Source: Eledone cirrhosa (taxonomy: Eukaryota). Taken from it: 64,000 nucleotides of DNA. The notes under the pieces are model-generated. The model saw only the letters and a program-made list of their open reading frames with translations. It made no database searches and was not told the DNA's origin. The position numbers were made by a program, and so were the translations under genes. Below, piece by piece: positions 1 through 12,333 of this stretch. Each line of letters opens with the position of its first letter. Within the stretch, counting starts at the first letter, position 1. Where the stretch lies: positions 15,500,001-15,564,000 of the forward strand of contig OZ024750.1 of the NCBI GenBank assembly GCA_964016885.1, written 5' to 3'.

Positions 1-656
1 TATTATTTACAGCATAGTTATAGCCGTTTACGATCTGAGTTCAAATCCCAATGAGTTTAACTTTGCCTTTCATCCTTACGAGGTCGATAAAATAAAGTAC
101 CAGTAATGCACTGGGGTAATTGCTAGCCTTGTGCCAAAAATAGAAACAATTATATATTATTTACAATTTGCGTGTAGGTAGGTCTCTCTGGAAATAGGGG
201 TGGGGGCGCTGGTGGTATTACGTGGCCGTGAGGGTTAGGGTACAAAGGTTTGAGAATCTCTGCCATAGATTTAAGGTGTTTAAGCCGTTATAGAATTAAT
301 GCATTGGACTACATTAATGTATACTCTTTTAACTGGAGATAAAAAAACATTTTCTTTTTAGGATCGAAGTACACGTCCTTATAACTTCTAGTAACCAATA
401 TTACGCGATAACATGTCTTATTGCCATTGCTACTTATTATTATTTTATATCAATCATTTTATCTTTCTTTCTTGTTGCTTCTTCTCGTCTTCACATTATC
501 TTTATTCTTACCTACTTAAGTTGTTTTCTATCTCCTGTACCTCCCCCTCTTTCTCTCGCTCTCTCTCTCTCTCTCTATCTATCTATCTATATATATATAT
601 TTCGTTTCTGAATTTGTTTAGCAAGATTCTTTATCTGAAATCGTGTGTTGAAACCG

Positions 657-1218
657 ATATTGTTATACTTTGGGAGGGTCATGTTGCCAATAAGAAACAC
701 ACGCACCAGTTGCTTTCACTTCAATTTATTATATATTTATAAATTTATAAATTTATAAATTTATAAATTTCTGCTTGGTTGGTTGGTTCCACAACCAGAT
801 AGTTGTTTATATATAGTCATAGGACAATTAAGGACAAAATGGAAACACACACACACATAGAACAAACAACCAACCAGTAACATGTAAATAAACAAATAAA
901 TAAATGACCATAAACACACACAGACACCCGGATGTGGCGCATGCGCAGACTGAGCACACAACACACACACAGAAACAAAATGGCGTAGGACAGAACAAAG
1001 GAGAGGCACAGAAACAAAGAAAGGAATCCCCAGTCACTGAAGAGGTCACAGAGTGTGTGACGAAAGAACTATGACTATATATAAACAACTATCTGGTTGT
1101 GGAACCAACCAACCAACCAGAAATTTAGAAATTTAGAAATTTATAAATATATAATAAATTGAAGTGAAAGCAACTGGTGCGTGTGTTTCTTATTGGCAAC
1201 ATGACCCTCCCAAAGTAT

Positions 1219-1226
<8 letters not shown>
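657..1226 (+). mobile_element. Non-coding hammerhead-bearing element with long inverted arms (Penelope pLTR/retrozyme-like or MITE)
   Basis: Arms 657-822 and 1069-1226 are near-perfect reverse complements; hammerhead at 1032-1076; ends in (TA)n. Confidence 0.7.
1032..1076 (+). ncRNA. Minimal type I hammerhead ribozyme motif
   Basis: AGTCA-CTGAAGA-G-GTCACA(gagtg)TGTGAC-GAAA-gaac-TA/TGACT: 5-bp stem I, 6-bp stem II, complete core. Confidence 0.8.
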
Positions 1227-1244
<18 letters not shown>

Positions 1245-1250
<6 letters not shown>

Positions 1251-1601
1251 GTATGTACACGTACATACATATATGTATACAGACGCACAGTAGTATGTAT
1301 ATATATATACATACATGCACACATATACACATGTACGTATGGATTCACCGAACATTCATTATAATGCTCGGTGTGTTTGTAAACAAACATCCCGTATTAA
1401 GCCGTAGTGTCCAGCAACCATCGTTGCTCGTTTGTTCAACACTGACAAAGGAACGCTGTACTAGTTTCAAGCTTATTAGCTATCGTCAGCAACGTATACC
1501 TTCCTGCCAGATTGTTGAACGTATATAGTTACCTTATGCATATATATACATACTACTGTACGTCTGTATACATATATGTATGTACGTGTACATACTTATA
1601 T
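1245..1601 (-). mobile_element. Second hammerhead-bearing element with inverted arms
   Basis: Arms of about 60 bp (1245-1307 / 1541-1601) with one mismatch; hammerhead at 1453-1495. Confidence 0.62.
1453..1495 (-). ncRNA. Minimal type I hammerhead ribozyme motif
   Basis: Minus strand ACGTTG-CTGACGA-T-AGCT(aata)AGCT-T-GAAA-CTAG-TA/CAGCGT. Palindromic CTAG loop III; T-T mismatch closes stem II. Confidence 0.72.
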
Positions 1602-1654
1602 TTAAGTAACAGCCATACTAAGAGTGGGAAATGAAATTTCGTTTCATTTTTTGC

Positions 1655-1693
<39 letters not shown>

Positions 1694-1772
1694 GTAAACA
1701 GAAATAACAACACAATCGGTACAGTATATGGAAGGGATATATTAGGTTAATTCTTGATATAGTAGGAAGAAA

Positions 1773-1810
1773 TTCTTAACGTTTCGGACGCTAGTCCTTC
1801 ATCAGAAGAA
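1773..1810 (-). ncRNA. Minimal type I hammerhead ribozyme motif
   Basis: Minus strand TTCTT-CTGATGA-A-GGAC(tagc)GTCC-GAAA-CG-TT/AAGAA. Helix III is the palindrome ACGT. Confidence 0.75.
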
Positions 1811-2107
1811 AGAATGAGAAATAAGATAGATTGAGGGGACGGGCGGCTTGGAATTGGAAAAAATGTCTAACAGGTCCATTCATGTTGACATCTCTTGCAA
1901 ATGTATATATATATATTGTTATATCTGGGGAGGGTCATATTGTTGTAATAATATTGCCAGAATTAATAACAGAACACATTCACTGTTTCGTTGGTTTTCG
2001 CTTCTGTATCTTTTATATCAGTTAATTCATTCGGTCCTCAATGTTTACTATTGACTGACCAACGGTCAAAAATACAGATATAATATAGACACAAACACAT
2101 ATATGTA

Positions 2108-2259
<152 letters not shown>

Positions 2260-3304
2260 CAGGATGGGTTCAGTTTGAAACTGGTTAGGCCATTATTCAC
2301 CAGAGTACTTGATACTTGGGATAGTAGAGTATGGTTACATTATAAAGAATTGGGACCCCGACGGCTGAGCTCTCGCCGTTTCAATAGTCTGGAACTAGCT
2401 GTTGAAACGGCGAGAGCTCAGCCGTTCGGGGTCCTGACTCTTTATAATATATATATCATCTGCCATTTCTCTACTTATTATATGTATAGACAATTATAAA
2501 CATCTTGCCTAAATATACAATATATCTGAAGACAGAAAAACAGGTAATATCCTGATTACAGTATTTATAATCCTATATTGACTTTGCCTTTCATCCTTAC
2601 GGGGTCGATAAAATAAAGTACCAGTAATGCACTGGGTAATTGCTGGTCTTGTGCCTAAAGTAGAAACAAGTATTTATAATCCTATATGAGAAGAACGATT
2701 TCAAAGTGAGCACATTTCACTGAAACAAAATTTAAGCTTAATTTATTTAGCCAAGAATAGTGTATCTTCACATAGAGAAGACGGGGCAGTCTGAGAATAC
2801 GAAGCTATGATAGAATAAATACAACACAACACAACACAACACAACACAACAAAACAAAAGCAACTTTTTTTTTCAATCATGATACCTCAAACAGTAATGA
2901 AAAGAGTTATTTCCCCTGTAAAGCTACGTTGTTTTCTATGCAAGTTTATATTGTAGAAATCTGATGGAGTGTACAGCTTCTTAAATTGTTTTTAAAGTGC
3001 TGTGTGGCACATAACAGTTTAAGAGTTAAACTACTTATTTTCTTGAGTGATTTTTGTAATACCAACACAAACAGATGTGGAACAAAGACGATGGCATTAC
3101 CTAATGTAGTTTTAGTCATCACATAGATTGTTAGGATCGTATGTCTATTATGAACTTGTTAGATCGAAAGGTTTTAATTTGAAGACTACAAACAATCATT
3201 TTCGATTATATATATTTATAAATGAAAAGTATAGAAATTATTGTAGCAAGAAGCCAACAGTATTCCATAATATATATATTCCATAATATATATATAAATA
3301 TAGA

Positions 3305-3401
<97 letters not shown>

Positions 3402-3452
3402 CTCTATACTCTTAAAGCATGTTGTCCGATGCTCTACTGATACTGCCAAATA

Positions 3453-3499
<47 letters not shown>

Positions 3500-3532
3500 G
3501 TGTGTGTGTGAGTATGTATATATATATATACA

Positions 3533-3629
<97 letters not shown>

Positions 3630-4479
3630 CAGTGTCGGTAGAGCGTCAGAGACAATTTACTTTAAGAGCATAGAGTTACGGCCCTTTGCGTTCTGAGTTG
3701 AAATCCTGCCGTGGTTAGCTTTGCTTTCCATCCTTATTGGGTCGATAAAGTAAAGTACCAGTAACACACTGGAAAGTTAATCAACTTTCCCCTCCCCATT
3801 GTTGGCGCTGTGCCAGAATGAAAAACCATTAAACCGTTAGTAGTCAGGTAACTAATTCATTCTTCGGTTACGAATTTTTTAATCAAACGGTTATTCTGTT
3901 GTCAAAGCTCTTTCGTCGCTGCATCGACATAAAATCATTAGCCAAAGCATGGCACATGCTACCAACTCATTCTCGATTGCGAATGACGGCAGTAGTTTTT
4001 GCTAGAAGTAGCAACTAATCTCACTTAAAATACACCATTCAAGAACACGTATTCAGTGCTAGAATGTCTTTGCTCAATCAGGGTTGATTTTTTTTTTCTG
4101 AATTGGTTTGCATGTAGAATATCAGAATAAATCAAAAATCTATTTACATATATATTTTGTATAATAAGTAGGAAGAAAGAAAAAAATGAATAAATAATGA
4201 AAATAAGGGGAAAGGGGGGTGGGAACAGACTGTACATCCCTATCTAAGAGGTACATCTTAGGGCTGGTTTAGGAGCAAAACAACTACACTAAACAACACA
4301 ATATACTATAGTTATGCGTTTGTTAATTGGTGTTAGTCTAAGGGAAATAACCCTACTTTTCAATAGTTTCATAAATAATTTTTATTTGAGCACAAAGCCA
4401 GCAAATTTAGGAGAAGGGCGAAATTGATTAAATTAAGTCCCGTACTTGACTGGAAACAAAACGACAATACGGTGCTGTG

Positions 4480-5100
4480 GGTAGGAAAGTCAAGAAGAAA
4501 ATTAGGGAAATCAAAGAGAAGTGGATATCAGACCCGTGTAAAAACATCAAAGCTGGAATGAAACAGGCAACAGCAAGGCTGCTTATAAAACCCTCAAAAT
4601 GCTAAGAAAAGAAAGCAACACACCACTACTGCCATTGAGGACAAAACTAGCTCACTGATCATAGACGAGGCCCATGTCACCAAAAGATGGCCCGAGTATT
4701 GCAAAGACCTTTATAATCACAAACACAGACATGATATCAACATCCTGGACAATTCCACCAATAAGAACAAAGAAATTGAGGATGCTGCAATTCTCCAGGA
4801 GGAAGTCAAAGAGGTGATGTACATGCTCAAAGATGGTAAATCCCTAGGAGTCGATAACATTCCATCAGAGCTCTTAAAACATGGAGGACCAAAAACTATT
4901 AAGGCATTAACAGTTACCTGTCCAAAGATATGGGGAAAAGAAGTGGACCCAATCACTGATAATACCTATTCCCCCAAAAAGGAAACTTAAGACTCTGCCA
5001 GAACTACAGACAATCAGCCTAATAAACCACCACAGAGTTATTCTAAAAATACTTAAGGGAAAGACAAAAGAAATCCTGGCATAAGAACTGACAGGATTTC
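4480..5100 (+). mobile_element. Decayed RTE-type LINE fragment
   Basis: EEVKEVMYMLKDGKSLGVDNIPSELLKHGG and KGNLRLCQNYRTISLINH remnants. Confidence 0.75.
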
Positions 5101-5104
5101 CACA

Positions 5105-5860
5105 CCTCAGTTTCCATTGGAGAATGGCCCATTTCCAGCCTGCGATTTACTGATGGTACAGTCCAGAGCGATTATGAAAAGATATGGTGCCAATGTGTCA
5201 CCTTGAATGACACCTACTTCAAAATACTTGGAGAGAGAACTTGAGCCTCTGTGTTTATGAGGAGTACATCTATCTATCTATCTAAGGCGGGTAAAATTCC
5301 CGAGATCCATGGACGAGTTCTCTCCAGCGGTCTCTGTCCCTCATTATCGCTGCCATATCCTGCATCTCCAACAGACCAGTGTCTGTCCTTAGGGCATCAA
5401 CATACGTTAACCTTGGTCTTCCTCTTCTAGTGTGTCCATGTAGGGGCTCCCAAAGGAGCACTGAGTGCAATGTCAACTCTGGATGTCAGTGAGCATGTCC
5501 AGCCAACCTCAGTCTCCTCTGTGTCACTTATAGGAGTACATTTATAGCAGAAACTTGTGCATCAGGCATACCAAATGCAATTAGGATTGACTTAAGCTCT
5601 CCTCTATGGATGAAATCAAAATCCTTTTTGAAAGCAATGAGATAGTTATCTGACGCCTTCTAGTAGCCTCAGCAGAGTTATTATTTGTCAGACAGTTCAT
5701 CTATTGTGTCTGAAACCATTTTAATTTATTCTGAGATTCAGATCTAGATGTGGTCTTACTTTGTTCAGTAGCCTTCTGTTGTAGATTCTAGCTGCAACTA
5801 CACAATTCCTCTTAATAACATTATGATAGTTGCTTCTATCACACCCCAAAGCCAGGTGTA
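5105..5860 (-). mobile_element. Decayed RTE-type LINE fragments
   Basis: GVIQGDTLAPYLFIIALD, FKKDFDFIHRG and the C-terminal LLWEPLHGHTRRGRPRLTYVD..MRDRDRWR. Confidence 0.78.
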
Positions 5861-6016
5861 TTACGTTTACCACTTAAGTAGATCAAAGCCTGATTTGAAG
5901 TCAGAATGGAAATTTCCAAATAAAAAAAATGTAAATTTAAGCAAAAGTGAAAGGAAAAACAAATATTGAAAGAGAGAAAAAGCAAGTGAGTCAGAATGAA
6001 TGTTGACTAATCATAT

Positions 6017-6158
<142 letters not shown>

Positions 6159-7459
6159 TAGAGAAGTAAAACATTGATATATTGATTTAACACTTTGCTG
6201 ACTGCAGAAAGGAAGCATTGAGGACAGGTTAGAATAAATGGAACACGTGACAGTGGAGATCATAAATCTAAGTACATTATTGACTGTCAGCTGCTTGACA
6301 CCTGCACTTGCAATACAGTTAGTGTTCATTATCTTTTACTACATGTCTTTGAATAAAAAAAAAACTTTTGTTTAATTCCAGTTTAATTGTGACTTTGTGT
6401 CTGTTACATGACTTTGTGTCTGTTAAAAATTCTAATTTATTTCATATTATGTATTGTCAAAAAATTTAAGCTAGGCTTTTGAAATTTTCAAAAGTTATAC
6501 TTGCACTACTTATAACAAATCTAAAGATGTTGAGTAGGAGTCAACTATAAATTTCCATCAGGCATCAAATATTCTTTCATTGTGCTGCTTGTAGTTTCTA
6601 ATAACATTTCTGCCTACTCGATTGCTTTATTAATCTTAGTCCATTTGGACCAACATTCTTACTCATTCCACATGAATTTCATGTATTTTCCAAACAGCTA
6701 AGTCCCATGAGAAATTGCTACAAGATCTATACAGCTTCCCTGTAAATATATGGATAAATTGAAAACCTTGTCTAGTATTTTATTCCAGAATATAAGAACA
6801 AATAAGGATTTATAGGTTCTGAGTGTTTTTAGTTTACCTTTTGCAACAGTGAGATATTTTTGAGTACAGTTTTTTCATCTCACCACCTGACTTTTTGGAT
6901 GCCTTTTGCCTTTCTAGTATCACAAAGTTTCTTTAGAGTTAATGTGAAAGCTTTGTCCTTCTTTTAGTACTGAATAACTAGGTAAACAGCTAAACAAAAT
7001 GCATAGATATTTCCTAGAATTGAAAAAAAAACAACTTAATTTGAATAATGAAGTTTGCTGCTTCAATTAAAATCAAATATAAATGATATACACAGCAATG
7101 TATAAAGAATGGATTTGGATTAACTTCCCTAATCTTTGTTAATCCTTGTTTAGATATGCAGATATTTCACCTGAAGTACTATTTGCTCCATTGTAAGACT
7201 AATAACAACACATAGTTATTGACAGCCTTAAGCTGTTAGCATTTAAACCTGCCGTATCCGGCCAGAATTCTCTCACCACTTTCTGTTCAAACCGGCTGTA
7301 ACTAGCCACTCATACTGATGTTAAGGTATTGTTCTCAACATAAATAATATCAACATCTCATAGATTCGATATTATGTGAGATAATTATGTGAGGTAAAGA
7401 ATTTATCATGAAAATATAGTAGCATATATAGAGCAATGTAAAAGCTAAAGGGTTTAGTT

Positions 7460-7623
7460 CAGTCATGGGCAAACCGTGGCCCGCGAGCCACATGTGGCCT
7501 GTTTGGCTTTCTGAACAGCATGCCTAACTTCAAAATTGTCTTGAACTTTTTAGAAGTGTAGCCCACCTTATGATGAGCCACATCCTATACGGCCCACTGT
7601 TCGAAAAAGGTTGCCCATGCCTG
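7460..7623. mobile_element. hAT (Charlie/Buster-type) MITE
   Basis: TIR CAGtCATGGGCAA / TTGCCCATGCCTG; perfect 8-bp TSD GTTTAGTT with central TA. Confidence 0.85.
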
Positions 7624-10600
7624 GTTTAGTTCTACATTGCTGGAAAAAGAATATTAAAAAGATTTTTAGTTCTTGCTGCAGATAAATTGCTGAATTGTAT
7701 ATAAGATTCTATAGTATTCTATAGCTTATCACAAGGATAAAGAAAATAGATCAGTTTTGCTAATATCAATAATAGTCAACAATTATTACAAAGTATTTAG
7801 CTATATTGATTTCAGCTATTATCTCTGATTGAACCTCAGCTGGTAAGGTCTATATCAGATCGTTTTGTATTTTAGAGCTGATATATATTATATTTTGATC
7901 ATTCGGGGATAAATATTGCTCTGGTAATGTAATATGTTTGGCAAACATTAAAATTGCCTTCGTTTATACTTAGGGAAGCTAAACGTTGATACTTGTGATG
8001 ACTACAAAATACTAATCCATTTTCTTAAATAAAGAACCATCCTATTTTTCTCTGGTTCGCATTTTTTATTGAATAAAAGAAGCCACAATGCAATGTATTC
8101 TTGATTTTTTTTTTTGTGCATTGCACCTGATTAAACATAATTAACTCCTACTGATAAGATGACATATCTATTGAAAATGATAGTCAGTGGAATTTTTTAG
8201 ATTCTTTTATGCTGAAAATTTAAATGTAATACAATAACTCTTTATCTCCAATTTATTTTCAATTTATGCACTGCAGCTTCAAATAATTGGGTGAAATTGT
8301 ACTAGCAATTAGTGCACAAACCAGCCAATAAGCCTCTACATAGTCACTCAACCTGCTAAAAATAGTAGCCAAATCTTCTTTCAAGTAGACTAGCTTGTTA
8401 AACACTGAGCACAAACTAAAACTGACATAATTTAGCTATATTCCTCATTAATCATTTGACAGTCTTGAGCAAAATGTTATGCTTGGTTCTGTCTTGGACA
8501 AACATCAGCATAGGACATCATGTCAACAGTGGACAAAAGGCATGAAACAGTACACAAGTGACTAACCATTCAACAAGCTAGTCAACTGTGATAAGCAGTG
8601 TATAGTAGAGTATGTTCAAAGTGATGTTACAGCTGCCTCCTTCAATTTGGAATAACAAAAGCTGGCAAGTCAGCTTATTAGATATATAGTAATGATATAC
8701 TAAAATTACAATAATCTAGAACAGTTATAACTGCCTCTCCTAAAAATAAATATCTCAGCCACTCCACTTGATAGGGCCCCTTCCTCAGGCAGGATGCACA
8801 CCTTCCAATTTTGTGGAGGAAAACAGTGGTATCAGTATTAAAGATACCAGATATCTCGATGGTGATTAATATGAAAAGGAAGTAGTTGGTCAAGTCCGTT
8901 TTTTTTTTGTTTTTTTTTAAACTGATTTATTGTGTGCATGCAATAACAAAGACTTTAATCAATAAGCAAGCAGTAGTTTAGTGCAAGTCACATTTATGAT
9001 TATAGAAGGATAGCAACTGTAGAGGCTATTTTATTGGTTTTGTTAAGATATGACCCAGCATCTGTCACCAAGGTGGAAATGGACCATTTTGACATCAGTG
9101 AAGATTAAAGTATGTGTGCATGTGTGAAGGTTAAGAGGGGGTGGGAGGAGTTATTATCTACATAAGAGTGAACACATTTTGTAGAATGTGGGAAGAGTGT
9201 AAGGAGGCATAATCAATATCTAAGCCATACCATATTTTATAAAAGGTGGTCTGAAGAGAAAATGTAAACACATATTTATATCAAAATAATTAGGAGCATA
9301 GTGATAATGATGATATCCTATTTATCTTGAAACCCTTTAAAAATAAGCATCTTTTTCATCTTCTTATGGTTAAATCACAAACAATTTATTTATTTAGTGC
9401 ATTCAATTTACAATGGTAAATGACCAATAACAACGAATCAAGAAAAAAAAGACATGCACCTCCCTCAATTACCTACTACTACAAGGAATATTGGTGTTTC
9501 TCTCTAAAAAATGTTGAGGCAACCATACACCACAAAGGGCAGCGAGGCTGGGGTGCTGGAATAGCCAAACATCTGCACGAACATCAACTGATCTTGGATA
9601 AGACGGGACGGGACGCCAACGATGATAAAAATTTCGATATTAAGAACTTGCTATCTCGAATTCCGCCGACTGTAAAATATAATTCGCCGAAAATTTACGA
9701 TATTTCAGTATCTTATTCTGTTCGACCAAGGACGCAGTAACCCCACAATTTAGGGTGTGTAGTGGTGTAACAAAGTTGCTAATAGCGGATTTCTAAATCA
9801 AGCATCTACCTCTACCCCATGAGCAAAAAATAAGCCCATCGAATGTTTTGCCATCTACCCTGTACTATATTGCGTTAAGAATAGAAGCTATACTGTCATA
9901 ACCTATATTTAAGAACCTTTTCTAGTTTGATTTCATGTACTATAATTATCTCCCTTGGTTTACTGCCAGTTGTTTCATTCTAATATTTTCTGTCTTCCTT
10001 CTTTTTATAATAATAAATAAAAACAATAATATTGCTCACACACATACAACTGTCACACACGAACTCAAAACTCTGAGTGAAAAACTTCATTTTGAGAAAA
10101 ACTGATACAACGAGCCAGCGTTATCACAAGTTTGCTTCTTATCCACAAGCTGAATACCAAAGAATGAAGGAAAACAATATATTTTTTTAAAATAAATAAT
10201 AAATAAATAAATAAATAAATGTCCTCACTGAAGAAATTCCTCCAGTATTTCGATTTAAGATCTGGAACAAAAAAGAAGATTGTAACGAGAATGCATTGTG
10301 TCAAAATATAATTGTTTCTACTTTAGGCACAAGGCCATCAAATACCCAGTACATTACTGGTACTGAAACAAGTATAGACCAATAGTAATACTTACATATT
10401 TAACTTTGAAAATTTCACCAAAGATGCAGGGGTGGGGGAATTACATAATGGTGAGGGGAACAATATAGTGACTGGTGAGCAGGCAATCAGTTGGAAAGAT
10501 GGGAATGTAGGGCTGATAAATTATGTCTGTGCTCTCTGAAATTAGCAACTCTTTTTCTCTTTCTCACATCCTGGGTGCTGTGGGGAAGATGAAGGTCACT

Positions 10601-11667
10601 GCATTTGTAGCAGGAATAACATTTTAGAATACTGGCAAACTAATATATATATATTTTCTTTTCTTTTCAGTCTATAGCATTCATGTCATGTGGGGAAGCT
10701 GGGCTGCTGACAACGATGTTCTAGTTGATACTTCACCTTACCACTATGTCAGTTGACGCTCATGAGAGTGCTTGGCTGTTCCAGCAATTTCGGCTCGCTG
10801 TCACCCACAGCATGGTTGTAAGTATGTTAGCTTGCTTCAAAAAATATTAGAGGAAAACTCCAGCACTCATTGTTTTGGTGTATGCTAGAGTGCTCAGGTC
10901 TCCTACACCCGCCATCTCCATACACACAGACTTTTTTTTTATGTCTACTATTAGTAAGAAAACACTGCAGAAGCCTTGTGACATTATGGCTTGATTGCAG
11001 AAAAGCATTTGATTCTATTCTTCTTTCAAGAGTTATTAATGCTAGTGGGTCTAAGAAAACTGGTTATATATTGGAAGGTGTTACTGAGAATATGAATAAC
11101 TAGTCCATAGTGGGTATGTATATTCTGCAGCAGAGCCAATGCTGTTATTCTGAATGTTTCAGATCTTAGACCACACTGGAAGGTTATTAGATTTTGTTGA
11201 ATGTTATCCTTTCAAGCATATCTTTACTATAATGGAATCCCAGGAATAATTAGAAAGGGCATGCAAGAAAAAAACTAATCATTATATTATAAGTCCAGTA
11301 AATTTGGGGGAAAGGGCAAAGTTGATTAAATCAACCCCAATATTTGATTGGTAGTTTATTTTATCGATCCTGGAATTATAAAAAGCAAATTTGACCATCG
11401 TGAAATTTAAACTCAGAATGTGAAGAACCAGAACAAATACTGCAATGGCATTTCATTCAACAATCTACAAACTCTGCAAATCCACCAGATAATGGCAAAA
11501 TATCCTGGATAGTGATAGAGTACTAATTTAGAATATATACTTTATTTTGCAGTTTATAGCTTATAATTCTTAATATAAAGACTATCATGGATGACTTATC
11601 TTTTCATCTTGCTGTTCAATAAAATAAATGAATTATAGATTTGCCCTAACATCTTTACTGTTGCTGT

Positions 11668-11832
11668 CATTGCTGGGTTTACCATTGTGCTTAGATATGC
11701 TTAAGCACAGGGCCCCGTTGACCAGGGGGCCCCATCTTCCTGCCCCGCAAAATTGTTTATATTTTTTTTTACAAGTAAGGGGCCTCATAACTTAACTAGC
11801 ACAGGGCTGTATTTGTCCAAAAGCTGGCACTG
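11668..11832. mobile_element. Degenerate hAT-like MITE
   Basis: Ends cattgctgg / ctggcactg, internal gggcccc motifs, TSD gttgctgt / gctgctgt (7 of 8). Confidence 0.5.
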
Positions 11833-11870
11833 GCTGCTGTTGTTGTTTAGTCCGAATCTTGTCTTGTTTC

Positions 11871-12333
11871 TATTAGCATTCCATTCAGATCTCGGGTACC
11901 TTATATTAGCATTCCATTCAGACGTCGGGTACCTTGTTATCATTCCATTCAGACGTAGGGTACCTTATAGTACCATTCCATTCAGACCTAGGGTACCTTA
12001 TATTACTATTCCATTCAGACCTAGGGTACCTTATATTACTATTCCATTCAGACCTAGGGTACCTTATATTACTATTCCATTCAGACCTAGGGTACCTTAT
12101 ATTACCACTCTATTCAGACCTAGGGTACCTTATATTACTATTCCATTCAGACCTAGGGTACCTTATATTACTATTCCATTCAGACCTAGGGTACCTTATA
12201 TTACCACTCTATTCAGACCTAGGGTACCTTATATTACTATTCCATTCAGACCTAGGGTACCTTATAGTACCATTCCATTCAGACTTAGGGTACCTTATAT
12301 TATTCCATTCAGACCTAGGGTACCTTATATTAC
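11871..12333. repeat. 33-bp minisatellite, about 14 copies
   Basis: Unit ATTCCATTCAGACCTAGGGTACCTTATATTACT repeated head-to-tail without spacers. Confidence 0.95.

Noticed and set aside
228-241. Telomeric TTAGGG repeat
   Set aside because: Only one exact unit; not an array.
2526-2555. Hammerhead at CTGAAGA-ca-GAAA
   Set aside because: No stem II or stem I complementarity.
9420-9740. 106-aa plus-strand ORF
   Set aside because: No recognisable domain or splice context; better explained as CpG-rich regulatory or UTR sequence.
10740-11030. Possible R4/RLE-type LINE remnants (LWLDCRKAFDSI)
   Set aside because: A single short motif, too decayed to delimit or classify.
11871-12333. CRISPR-like array, or 201-aa and 135-aa repeat proteins
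   Set aside because: Units are contiguous with no unique spacers, there are no cas genes and the context is eukaryotic; the ORFs follow from a stop-free 33-bp unit.
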